This document shows positions 8,269-16,761 of a DNA stretch of 64,000 nt, in pieces. Under the pieces are notes generated by a model. It searched no databases and was not told the DNA's origin. It saw only the letters and a list, made by a program, of their open reading frames with translations. The position numbers and the translations under genes were made by a program. The DNA comes from an uncultured Planctomycetales bacterium (GTDB taxonomy: Bacteria; Planctomycetota; Phycisphaerae; UBA1845; PWPN01), in assembly GCA_964653435.1 (NCBI GenBank), contig CAZZFA010000004.1:22492-86491 (forward strand), written 5' to 3'. Every line of letters starts with the position of its first letter. Position 1 is the first letter of the stretch.

Positions 8269-10782
8269 ATGAGTAACGTGTCCGTGGAGCAGATTCTGCT
8301 TGCTCGCGCCCAGCCGCACGTGCTCGCCGCCCGCGAGCAGATGATCCTTGCCATTGAAGCACCAAAGGGCTGTTCGGGAGAGGTTGTGCGTCATCCGGTT
8401 TCATTGGAGCCGCCCTTCCGCCCTGTCCTGAGCGGCAACACATCAAGCCTTGTGCCTGAGGAGCACTACGTTCTGGAAGTTCCACCGCAAGAGAGTGCGC
8501 TCGTTCGTGCGCGCCTCTGGGTCTGTATCGAGCAGCCCTGCGAATGGAACAGGAGCGAGCTGTTCCTGAAAGGTCTCTCTCAGGTGCGACAGCGAGTGAC
8601 GATGAACATCTTCGGCAATAAGGATGGGATAGTGCAGCAGGTCGTGTGCCACGGAGAGGACCTGCCCGTGCTCGATTCGGCATTCAAGGGGTACTTCGAG
8701 CACTCCGCTATCTCCATCGCCGGTCGCGATGACCCATTGGCCCTGATACCCGGTGAGCAATGGGCCCATGCGCTCTTTCTGGATGCCTACCCATATCCCC
8801 TCTACTCCAACCGACTGACTTCAATGCGAGAGCTCCGGCAGAGTCCCTATGCGACGCTGTTCGCTTCTCTTGCACAGCTCGAGCCACCGGCCCTGGGCAT
8901 TTTCCAGGTCGTGTTTCAACCGGTGTCGCCTGAGCATGACTGGGGAGGCAATATCCGTGCTCTGACCGACATCGAATTCAAGCTGAAGCGACTGATCGGC
9001 TACAGCGGCTTCGATCGGTATGCGGAACAGCCTCCGTCCGGCGACCGGCATCAGATGGCCATGGAGATCGAGACGAAAGCCCACAACGACAAGCCCATTT
9101 ATGCTGTGGCTCTGCGTATTGCCGCGGTCAATGCCGGTGATCGGGCGGGACACATCTTGCGGTCTCTCGCCGTAGTGACCGGTGGAATCCAGCACGGCGG
9201 CCGGCCACTCCGGTTCATCACCGCGGAAGACTATCGGGGCCACATCGATCCGGTCGGGCTACGGCGCATGTTCGTTCTGGGCACTACCTACCGGCCCGGC
9301 TTCTTGCTGAACAGCGAAGAGCTGACAACTCTCTTTCATGTGCCGCCACCGGAAGTATTCGCACACATCAAGACCATCGTCAACCCACTCGAGGCACTAC
9401 CCATACCGGAAGCCCTCCGGGCCGGGAGCCCGATCGGATTCTGTCCCTATGCCGGCGAGTCCATTCCCATATGCATCCCGAACGAGGAGGAAGCGGAAGG
9501 GCACATTCACGTGATCGGCAGTAGCAGAACCGGCAAGTCGACGCTGCTGCTGCACCGGATTCTGTACCATATCAGGCACCACTATGGTGTTGCGGTGTTT
9601 GATCCGCATGGGACTCTCATTCGTGACCTGCTGTGCGTGATCCCTCCCGAGGAGATGGATCGGATAATCTACTTCGACCCAGGCGACCCACACCGGACGC
9701 CTTGTTACAACCTGTTCGCCTGCGGGGTCAAGGTTGGCCCAGGACGCGTGACGGAGGATGTCGTGTGCAGTTTCAAGAGCTTCATCGATGGCTGGGGTGA
9801 TCGTCTCGAGCACCTCCTGCGGCATGCCCTCTTCGGTGTCCTGCATTTGCCGAACAGTAATCTCCGAGATGTGGCCGACGTACTGCGCAAGAAGTCCAAG
9901 GCCAGTCGCCGTATTCGCGAGCAACTGCGCGGTGCCCTCGGCAATGATGTGGCCCAGGCGTTCTGGGAAGAGGATTTTGAAAACTACCAGCCAGCGGACC
10001 TTTTGCCCCCAGCCCACAAATTGTCGAAGCTGCTCGTTTCCGACACCGTCGGCCGCATGCTCTCCCAGGAGCAGTCCCGGTTCAATCTGCGAGACATCAT
10101 GGATAGCCGCAAAGTCCTTCTGATCGACTTGTCGAGTCTCGGTTCGGACGAGCGCAATGTGCTGGGTAGCCTGCTGCTGTCTTTGCTGCACCTGACTGCC
10201 CTCGGCCGCAAGGGGGATGGAACGGATGCGCCTTTTCGCGTCTACTGCGATGAGGCTCACCGTCTGCTGACGGACGCCATGGAAGACGCGCTCAACGAGT
10301 CGCTCAAGTTCGGCCTGGTAATGACATTGGCTCACCAGCAGCTGGCGCAACTTACCCAAAAGAAGACGCATGCGTTGGCCAGCGTCGGTGCGAGCATCAT
10401 TTTCCGGGTGATACAGCCGGATGCGCAATACCTAGCGAAGACGCTTCAAGGCAAGGTCAGTGCCGATATCCTGGAGACTCTGGACAATCGTGAGGTGGTG
10501 GTTCGTGTTGGCAACCAAGTTGTGCGCGGCCGCACCTATCCTCCCGCCTATCAGAAGGACCCTTCAGTGCGGGACAAGATCCTGGTGCGGTCACGAGAGC
10601 TCTACTACCGTCCGGCAGCGGTGGTGGACGCTGAGATCCGCGCACGCCGCAACCGGTGGGCCGATCCCGGACAGCAGGGTACCGGGGCAGGATCATCACC
10701 TGCCTCCTCCAGTGTGACCGCAGAATCTGCCAGTACACCGAACGACCAAGGGAACGAGGTGTTCACGTATGAGAGCTTCTGA
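8269..10782 (+). CDS. P-loop ATPase of the FtsK/HerA/VirD4(TraD/TraG)-like superfamily with a ~415-aa unknown N-terminal domain and no TM segment
   Basis: 837-aa ORF with SD AAAGGGAGGA upstream. Walker A GSSRTGKST lies at 9517-9543 (aa 417-425). A Walker B-like VYCDEAH lies near 10240-10260, with LAHQQLAQL downstream. The family assignment is from motif recollection, not a search. Confidence 0.9.
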   Translation: MSNVSVEQILLARAQPHVLAAREQMILAIEAPKGCSGEVVRHPVSLEPPFRPVLSGNTSSLVPEEHYVLEVPPQESALVRARLWVCIEQPCEWNRSELFLKGLSQVRQRVTMNIFGNKDGIVQQVVCHGEDLPVLDSAFKGYFEHSAISIAGRDDPLALIPGEQWAHALFLDAYPYPLYSNRLTSMRELRQSPYATLFASLAQLEPPALGIFQVVFQPVSPEHDWGGNIRALTDIEFKLKRLIGYSGFDRYAEQPPSGDRHQMAMEIETKAHNDKPIYAVALRIAAVNAGDRAGHILRSLAVVTGGIQHGGRPLRFITAEDYRGHIDPVGLRRMFVLGTTYRPGFLLNSEELTTLFHVPPPEVFAHIKTIVNPLEALPIPEALRAGSPIGFCPYAGESIPICIPNEEEAEGHIHVIGSSRTGKSTLLLHRILYHIRHHYGVAVFDPHGTLIRDLLCVIPPEEMDRIIYFDPGDPHRTPCYNLFACGVKVGPGRVTEDVVCSFKSFIDGWGDRLEHLLRHALFGVLHLPNSNLRDVADVLRKKSKASRRIREQLRGALGNDVAQAFWEEDFENYQPADLLPPAHKLSKLLVSDTVGRMLSQEQSRFNLRDIMDSRKVLLIDLSSLGSDERNVLGSLLLSLLHLTALGRKGDGTDAPFRVYCDEAHRLLTDAMEDALNESLKFGLVMTLAHQQLAQLTQKKTHALASVGASIIFRVIQPDAQYLAKTLQGKVSADILETLDNREVVVRVGNQVVRGRTYPPAYQKDPSVRDKILVRSRELYYRPAAVVDAEIRARRNRWADPGQQGTGAGSSPASSSVTAESASTPNDQGNEVFTYESF

Positions 10783-11377
10783 GCGGGATTCAGCTGGGGC
10801 GGACGAGGTGCTGCAGCGGCTTGTCGACATGCTGCAGCCGGGTCGGATCATGCGTATCATAGATGAGCCGGTCGACAAGGCGGCAGAGGTGTTCGCATGG
10901 CCGACCGAGTCGGCTGCCTCCCGCAACTTTGCACAAGTGCTCGCATCATTTCTGCAACACATATACCGGCACGCCTTCCCCGACGGCGAACAGCTCTCAC
11001 CGTGGCGCGCCCATGATGAAGTCATCGCTTTGCTCCAGGCTGATGCACAAGACCCTATGGCGGGAGGGTACATTGGCGCCGCGCTGGATACCCGGGATGC
11101 CGAAGCGCCGCCTTGGTATGAACTGGGCGCGCGTATCACCGGGGCCATCAAGACGCGTCTGCGTCGGCAATACGTTCAGTGGGTCCTCGCCATGGAGATC
11201 GACCCCCGCGACTGGTCCATGCAGTGTGCCTTGACGGAGATCGTGATCGAGCGGATGCAGCAATACCTGCCCCCTGAGATCGCTGCGGGCCCGCCCGAGC
11301 GATGGGCGAGCCAGCTCAGCGGCCTGCTTGGCATGTACCTGGGCCTGCAGGACGAGGGGGGAGTACGGTTGATCTGA
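10769..11377 (+). CDS. hypothetical protein, distant paralogue family member
   Basis: 202-aa ORF whose ATG overlaps the last codons of the ATPase gene (coupling). It contains ...ERMQQYLPPEIAAGPPERW..., resembling the YGHLLPPEL motif. Confidence 0.65.
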   Translation: MRASERDSAGADEVLQRLVDMLQPGRIMRIIDEPVDKAAEVFAWPTESAASRNFAQVLASFLQHIYRHAFPDGEQLSPWRAHDEVIALLQADAQDPMAGGYIGAALDTRDAEAPPWYELGARITGAIKTRLRRQYVQWVLAMEIDPRDWSMQCALTEIVIERMQQYLPPEIAAGPPERWASQLSGLLGMYLGLQDEGGVRLI

Positions 11378-11456
11378 CGGGTCTGAAACGGAATCTCCAT
11401 TTCTCCCGCTCTCCTGGCTGCAGGCCTGCTGTTCTTGGTGTGCAGCCGGGAGAGCC

Positions 11457-12578
11457 ATGGTGAGCCAAGCAGCACCAATCCCACCCACCCCCGAGCGGAT
11501 CGCCCTGTTCCGCGCGTGCTTCTCGGGCTTGACGCATGTCCGCGGCACCTACAACCCCGCCACCGGCCGGGCCTTCCCCATCAAGGGACCCGTGACGGAT
11601 GCCGTGATCCGCGACCATCTCCTCGGACTGCGACCGTACGGCGTTTACCTGCTCACCGGCAATGTGACCCGAGCGGTGGTGGCTGATTTCGATCAGGAGG
11701 ATCCGACTCTGCCGTGTGATTTCGTCGCGCAGGCATCGCACTATGGCATTCCCAGTTATTTGGAGCGGTCGAAACGCAATTGGCACGTCTGGATCTTCCT
11801 CGATTCGGCCGGGGTCTCCGCAAGGAAGGCCCGGCGCGTGGCCCAGCTCATACTCGATGAGATCGGTGCGCCCGCCACCGAGCTCTTCCCCAAACAGGAC
11901 TGTCTCAGCAGTACGATTCAATTCGGCAATTTCATTCACCTCCCTTTGTTCGGCCGTGCTCTGGCTCAGGGACGAACCACGTTTGTTGATGTCAAGAACG
12001 GCTTGCGGCCGTACCCCGACCAGTGGGCCGTATTGGCCCAGATCGTGCGGGTCCAAGAACATCAGCTGGACGAAATCATCGCGATCAACGAGCTCGACGA
12101 GCCTCACTCCATAGGGGTGACCACAACCAGCTCCGGTTTGCATAAAACCTTCGGCCTTCTGCCTTGTGCCCAGCGGATGCTCAGGGAGGGGGTAACCAGC
12201 CACCAACGAGTGGCCTGTTTTCGGCTGGCCGTCGCGATCAAGAAGAGTGGTATACCGCTCGACCTCGCCGTGGTGCTCCTGCGGGCCTGGGCCCTGAAGA
12301 ACCGGCCCGAAAAAGGGCGGAGAATCATCACTGAGGCCGAGATCATCGAGCAGGCTAATGCAGCTTATGCCCGGCCGTACCGAGGCATCGGTTGTGAAGA
12401 CGCGGCGATCAGGCCTTTTTGCGATGCCAGCTGCCTTTTGCACCGCCGGCGCCCTCAATGCCGGAGGGTTTTGCCTGAGAGGACGCCTCCGCATCCGGCT
12501 GGCCGGACGCGAGGCTTGCCGGCGCAGGACAACTCGCGGGGGCAAGGGAGCCCAGGATCGACTTCGTCCTCTGGGTGA
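11457..12578 (+). CDS. archaeo-eukaryotic primase-type Prim-Pol replication protein
   Basis: 373-aa ORF with SD GGGAGAG upstream. AEP-like motifs are VVADFD, NWHVWIFL and GNFIHLPLFG. A C-terminal Cys cluster reads CEDAAIRPFCDASC. The last ~55 aa are a low-complexity tail overlapping the convergent gene. Confidence 0.8.
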   Translation: MVSQAAPIPPTPERIALFRACFSGLTHVRGTYNPATGRAFPIKGPVTDAVIRDHLLGLRPYGVYLLTGNVTRAVVADFDQEDPTLPCDFVAQASHYGIPSYLERSKRNWHVWIFLDSAGVSARKARRVAQLILDEIGAPATELFPKQDCLSSTIQFGNFIHLPLFGRALAQGRTTFVDVKNGLRPYPDQWAVLAQIVRVQEHQLDEIIAINELDEPHSIGVTTTSSGLHKTFGLLPCAQRMLREGVTSHQRVACFRLAVAIKKSGIPLDLAVVLLRAWALKNRPEKGRRIITEAEIIEQANAAYARPYRGIGCEDAAIRPFCDASCLLHRRRPQCRRVLPERTPPHPAGRTRGLPAQDNSRGQGSPGSTSSSG

Positions 12579-13416
12579 GATCCCCACCTGCAGTCCAGAT
12601 CGGGGCCCACAGGCCCTCTCGCCGCATACGGGAATCTTCGGTCGCCCACACGAAGTCCGATGGCGGCGTCTGTCGGATGAGCTGACACAAGCCGGCAATG
12701 CGGGAGACGCCGCCGGCAACAAACAAGACACGGAAACCGATGAACGGCTTGTTGCCGGTCGCGAAACGCTGATAGTCCCCGCTGCGAAACCATGCCTGAT
12801 ACCGCAGGATCTTGGATTGGACATCACGGTTGGGGCCACGGCCGCTGATCCGTGGCTGTGTTCCCATGTCTACCTCCAGGAAGAAAAGGAGCGTCTTGTC
12901 GACGCCCCGATGCCGGATGGCGAAGACGCCATCGGGAACAAGGTCGGCCTGCCCGCTGATCGGCTTGTTCTCCAAGGATTGCGTGTCGGCCGGAACCGGC
13001 CGGTTCGTGCTGATTCGTGACGTCGCGAGATTCAGGGTTTCAAAGCCGCTGAAGTGGCGGGCCAGGAGAGTCAGTTGGGCCCACACCTCGCTTGCCACCT
13101 CGTCGTGTTCGGGGTGCTTCAGCCCGCGGACGGTGAGCTGTTCGGCCGTGATGTCGGCATCAATCAGGCCCAGGGCCTTCAGGCAAGTGACGCCGTTGGC
13201 CGACAGCGACACCAGCTTTTCCGGGCGACCGCTGCCCCGACCGAGTCGGCTGGAGTCGGCCTCGATCAGTCCCTGCTCATGAAGAATCCTGAGTCGGTGT
13301 CGGGTAGCCGGACCGTTCCGCTCACACCGTATCGCCAGTTGTGTCGCTGTCAGCACCCGATGCTCGGCAATCGTCAGGAGCAGCTCATGATCACGTTCCG
13401 AGAGAACGAAGCCCAT
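12409..13416 (-). CDS. replication-relaxation family protein (winged-helix N-terminus)
   Basis: The track ORF starts at GTG 13428, but ATG 13416 follows SD GGTGGAG. The N-terminus MGFVLSERDHELLLTIAEHRVLTATQLA...RHRLRILHEQGLI and the later FFLEVDMGT match my recollection of Pfam Replic_Relax (unverified). Confidence 0.8.
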   Translation of the reverse strand: MGFVLSERDHELLLTIAEHRVLTATQLAIRCERNGPATRHRLRILHEQGLIEADSSRLGRGSGRPEKLVSLSANGVTCLKALGLIDADITAEQLTVRGLKHPEHDEVASEVWAQLTLLARHFSGFETLNLATSRISTNRPVPADTQSLENKPISGQADLVPDGVFAIRHRGVDKTLLFFLEVDMGTQPRISGRGPNRDVQSKILRYQAWFRSGDYQRFATGNKPFIGFRVLFVAGGVSRIAGLCQLIRQTPPSDFVWATEDSRMRREGLWAPIWTAGGDLTQRTKSILGSLAPASCPAPASLASGQPDAEASSQAKPSGIEGAGGAKGSWHRKKA

Positions 13417-13607
13417 CACAGTCTCCACCTTGCGGGCTCGATTGCAGGAACCGAACCGCGCATCATCCTGTACTGCGAGAGGAATCCGATCTGGATTTCA
13501 ATCGAGCAGCCCCGCACCCCTATGAGATGCAAGACAACTCATCGTGAGGCTCGACACTCGCAAACACCTGAAACCAGAAACCCATTTGACCCGCTGGTAT
13601 TGATAGA

Positions 13608-13659
13608 GGCTGCTGAAGCAGCCCGGCTGACCGAGGTGGTACGCAGGACAGTATCCTGC
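13608..13659. promoter_or_regulatory. two short perfect inverted repeats in a divergent intergenic region (candidate ori/oriT or operator)
   Basis: GGCTGCT-GA-AGCAGCC lies at 13608-13623 and GCAGGA-cagta-TCCTGC at 13643-13659. Both lie between the replication-relaxation gene and the 13743 gene. Confidence 0.25.
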
Positions 13660-13742
13660 GATCCATCCGGGAGCCGGGCGATCTTCAAGCATCCTGATCG
13701 TGATTGGGTGATATTCGTGTTCATGCGAGAAGGAGGTTCGAG

Positions 13743-14081
13743 ATGTCTTACTCGTCTCAAAGACCCGTGAAGGAATTCCGCGCCCTGGGCGGAGGCACTG
13801 TTACCGCCTCGGTGTGGCGGAACGAGAGCGAAAAGGATAGCCAGATTCTCGTGAGTTACAGCATCCGCGTCCAGAAGCGGTACCGTGACCGCGACACGGG
13901 AACCTGGCACGACTCGGAGTACTACTTCCCCGAGGATCTCCCGAAGCTGCGGCTCGTCGTCGAGAAGGCCTACGAGTACACCAGGCTGCGTGAACGCGGT
14001 CCTCAGGCGACGGGGCCAGTGGATGCAAGCGGACCCGCGGATGTGGACTTTGAAGCTGGCGCCTCGGCGGAAGGTACCTGA
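13743..14081 (+). CDS. small hypothetical protein (possibly PC4/YdbC-like ssDNA-binding; weak)
   Basis: Internal ATG 13743 of track ORF 13704..14081 follows SD GAAGGAGG. The 112-aa product is MSYSSQRPVKEF...SIRVQKRYRDRDTGTWHDSEYYFPEDL. Confidence 0.7.
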   Translation: MSYSSQRPVKEFRALGGGTVTASVWRNESEKDSQILVSYSIRVQKRYRDRDTGTWHDSEYYFPEDLPKLRLVVEKAYEYTRLRERGPQATGPVDASGPADVDFEAGASAEGT

Positions 14082-14107
14082 CAAAATGATGCGTCGATTG
14101 TGCTCAG

Positions 14108-14140
14108 GAAGCCCGCTGGCTCGCCGCTGGCGGGCTTCTT
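14108..14140 (+). terminator. rho-independent-type hairpin
   Basis: GAAGCCCGC (14108-14116) pairs with GCGGGCTTC (14130-14138), followed by TT. It lies 27 nt after the 14081 stop. Confidence 0.5.
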
Positions 14141-14246
14141 GGTAATCCCAGTCAGAAAGAGGCCACACCATCATCCCCAGAGGTGTCGACCATGTGCTTC
14201 CCGGGGCACAGTTAGGCAAGCAGGGCAACAGCACGTGAGCTAACGG

Positions 14247-14600
14247 ATGAACGAGCGCGCCGAAGAATATGTCTTGCCGACCAAGCTCATCGAGGAGCTG
14301 ATCGAAGCGATACAGGACCTTCGAAGTGCCAGGAACCCGGCCGAGGCGATGAGGCCCCTCAGCATCGATGAGGCGGCCAAGACTCTCCGTTGCCGGCGAA
14401 GCGAAGTAGAGAAGCTGATTGCGAACGGAGCAATGCCCTACATCAAGCGCAATGGCCGACGCTACATCCTGCCGTCAGATATCGCCCAGTGGCTGAAGAA
14501 TGAATCGGAACGACAGCTTCCTCCCAAAGGCAGAAGAAGACCCCGGCACCGTCTGAAACCAGAGGACGTCGATCCGGCCTTACGGGAGTTTTTTGAGTGA
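14247..14600 (+). CDS. excisionase-type helix-turn-helix DNA-binding protein
   Basis: 117-aa ORF. LSIDEAAKTLRCRRSEVEKLIANGAMPYIKRNGRRYILPSDIAQWL is typical of the excisionase/MerR-like HTH_17 class. It is convergent with the integrase and overlaps it by 21 nt. Confidence 0.75.
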   Translation: MNERAEEYVLPTKLIEELIEAIQDLRSARNPAEAMRPLSIDEAAKTLRCRRSEVEKLIANGAMPYIKRNGRRYILPSDIAQWLKNESERQLPPKGRRRPRHRLKPEDVDPALREFFE

Positions 14601-15920
14601 TCGCGTCTTGTGCTTCTTCTTCCAGGCGTTCAGCTCTTTGGAGTCGAGCGTCTTGTTGATCCACTCCACGACTTCCTTCGTTTCTGGGGTCAGAGGCTTG
14701 AGGTACTCATCCGCAGCGTCGGACCTGCCGTGGCCAAGGAAGGTCCTCAGCTGGGCGATACCGGTACCGGGGCGAGCCGCGTACGCAGTCGCACCGAGGT
14801 GTCGCCAGACGTAGAAGCCCTCTTTCCACTGCTCAAGGTCTGCTCGAATCCGGAGCTTTCGCCAGGCTTGGGCCACATCGTCGGAACGCTTGAACGGGGT
14901 TTTCGCGGGTTTTCGCGTACTGGTGCCGTTCAGCATCTCGTCTATGGTCTTGGTCATCACCCAAACCAGGGGCCTGCCCGTTCTGGTGACGAAGAGCAAC
15001 TCATCCGCCTGTCTCGGTGTGCTCTTCAGGTACTCCCTAAGGTGAGCCCACACCTGCGGCCGCATCACTCCGAAACGGGGAAAACCCGTCTTGCCTCGCC
15101 GCATGTCGTAACTGTCCGCGTCGAAGTGGACCAACCGGGCACGGGCCAGATCGTCGTTCCCAAAACCCAAGCCGAGGCCCATCCAGATCCACAGACGCTC
15201 GCGGACCGTGGCGGCCTCGAGGAGTGTTTGAATCATCTTGACGGTCGGAATCTGCCGGGTCTTCTTCGTCTCGGTGCCGCCGAACTTCCTGACGTCCTCT
15301 TGACTGAACGGTAGCCGGATACTGAAGGGGGCTCGCCGTGCAAAGCGCACGATCTCCCAGAAGCGCTGGCGGTGTTTGTTGACCTGCGAGGCGCCCAACC
15401 GTGTGACGAGGGAGAGCATCATGGACTCGTAGTCGGTTGCACCCAGGACTTGATCGAAGGGCGTAGTGCCCAGCTTGGTGCCGTACGTCTCCTTGCACCA
15501 CCGCAGGATGCGGACGACTTGCCTACGGTTGTCGTCGAACACCCGCAGGCTGATGGTACCCTTCGCTCGTCTCGCCTCCTCCAGCCGCACCCGTCGCCTT
15601 TCGTGCTGCAGGTAGGCCTCTGCTATCGCCGGCAGACTATCGTCCAGATCCCCCTTGCCGACTTCGCTGTCCCGTGTAACAATAGCGGCGGCTTGGTCGT
15701 AGTTCTCGACGACCCACCGGTGGTACGCGAGTTCGGACTCGGTTCGGTCCGTCGAGAATCGCTGTCGCCTGGGCTTGCCGGCGGGATCGCGGTATGATGT
15801 GTAGTAGCGGCCCGTGCCGGGTTCAGGCTTGTCGGAGAGCCTGGGGATGCGTCGTTTTCGCTGGGGCTTTTGCTCGGTCATGACGGACATGATACAATCA
15901 ACCCTGGCGAGTGGCAACAT
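14580..15920 (-). CDS. int: tyrosine-type site-specific recombinase/integrase
   Basis: 446-aa ORF. C-terminal catalytic-region motifs are MRRGKTGFPR, WRHLGATAYA and FLGHGRSDAADEYL. The start could also be ATG 15890 or 15881. Confidence 0.9.
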   Translation of the reverse strand: MLPLARVDCIMSVMTEQKPQRKRRIPRLSDKPEPGTGRYYTSYRDPAGKPRRQRFSTDRTESELAYHRWVVENYDQAAAIVTRDSEVGKGDLDDSLPAIAEAYLQHERRRVRLEEARRAKGTISLRVFDDNRRQVVRILRWCKETYGTKLGTTPFDQVLGATDYESMMLSLVTRLGASQVNKHRQRFWEIVRFARRAPFSIRLPFSQEDVRKFGGTETKKTRQIPTVKMIQTLLEAATVRERLWIWMGLGLGFGNDDLARARLVHFDADSYDMRRGKTGFPRFGVMRPQVWAHLREYLKSTPRQADELLFVTRTGRPLVWVMTKTIDEMLNGTSTRKPAKTPFKRSDDVAQAWRKLRIRADLEQWKEGFYVWRHLGATAYAARPGTGIAQLRTFLGHGRSDAADEYLKPLTPETKEVVEWINKTLDSKELNAWKKKHKTRSLKKLP

Positions 15921-16007
15921 AAGGGCAGAAAATGGCCGGTATTGGACGGTTTATGGCAACAAAATGCTGAACGACAAAGAATGCAAAGCCTTTAAAATAA
16001 AAGACTT

Positions 16008-16079
<72 letters not shown>

Positions 16080-16397
16080 TTTGACGTAACGCCCGCCGCC
16101 CCCGCTGGTTTCGGGGACCTGCCTTCGAGGCGGAGCAGCCGTAACCGAGGCTCAAATCCGAGTAGTACTACTCGCGCCACGGACGACGGCGGATGCTTGT
16201 CGAGGAACCATCCCGCGTTCCGAAACTTCGCACGCGCGAAACCACCGGCCAAGGCTACGTCATGCCCAAGGGCCAAGCGATCTACCTCGGTTGCGCCGGC
16301 TTGCCCGAAACCGATCGCCGCTGCTGCCGGGTGATCCCTGCACTGTTATCGCCTGGATTCTTGTCGGCCGGCGCCGCATTCCGGGCCAGGGGCGGTA

Positions 16398-16523
16398 CGT
16401 CATTCTGAGGGAGCGGAGCGACCGAAGAATCCGGCCTGAGCTTTGCGGGGGCTTTGCGCGTGCAAGGATCTGCGCAGATCGGACGCCGGATTCTTCGGCC
16501 CCCAAGGGGGCCTCAGAATGACG
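16398..16523. repeat. composite palindromic element (REP/MITE-like)
   Basis: The outer 13-bp arms CGTCATTCTGAGG (16398-16410) and CCTCAGAATGACG (16511-16523) are perfect. The inner 14-bp arms CCGAAGAATCCGGC (16422-16435) and GCCGGATTCTTCGG (16485-16498) are also perfect. A self-complementary CCCCCAAGGGGG lies at 16499-16510. Confidence 0.6.
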
Positions 16524-16761
16524 CGACGCAGGCTACGTGCGTCCGGCGCCGCCATGTCGGGCTGCGGGCCACGCCCGCGCCGGGGGTTCGCCAACGACCG
16601 CCGGCCTTATGTGGCGCCGGAGCAGTCTGTCTCGACGCTTACCGTTTTTCGGGGCGCTCCTGGCGCCCCCGAATATGGCAACGGTCGAGATAAGGCAGGA
16701 AGGGATTGCCGCCCGTGGGTCGCTGCCGCGCGGTTGTCGCGCGGATTCGGCCCGGTACCGG

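Larger units (their letters stand above)
1..16007. mobile_element. integrative element / integrated plasmid-like island (right end at int next to tRNA-Gly; left end not in window)
   Basis: It carries Int, an Xis-like HTH, Prim-Pol, a replication-relaxation protein and an FtsK/VirD4-like ATPase. Sample lines have lower GC than the core. It lies adjacent to a tRNA gene. No flanking direct repeat was found in the window. Confidence 0.6.

Noticed and set aside
11316-12839. 507-aa minus-strand ORF across the Prim-Pol gene.
   Set aside because: It is Arg/Ser/Pro-rich and motif-free. The plus strand encodes AEP motifs behind a good SD.
16584-16602. GGGTTCGCCAACGACCGCC as a possible degenerate copy of the tRNA-Gly 3' end (att remnant on the right side).
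   Set aside because: Only the GGGTTCG core and scattered positions match, and it is not distinguishable from chance in GC-rich DNA.
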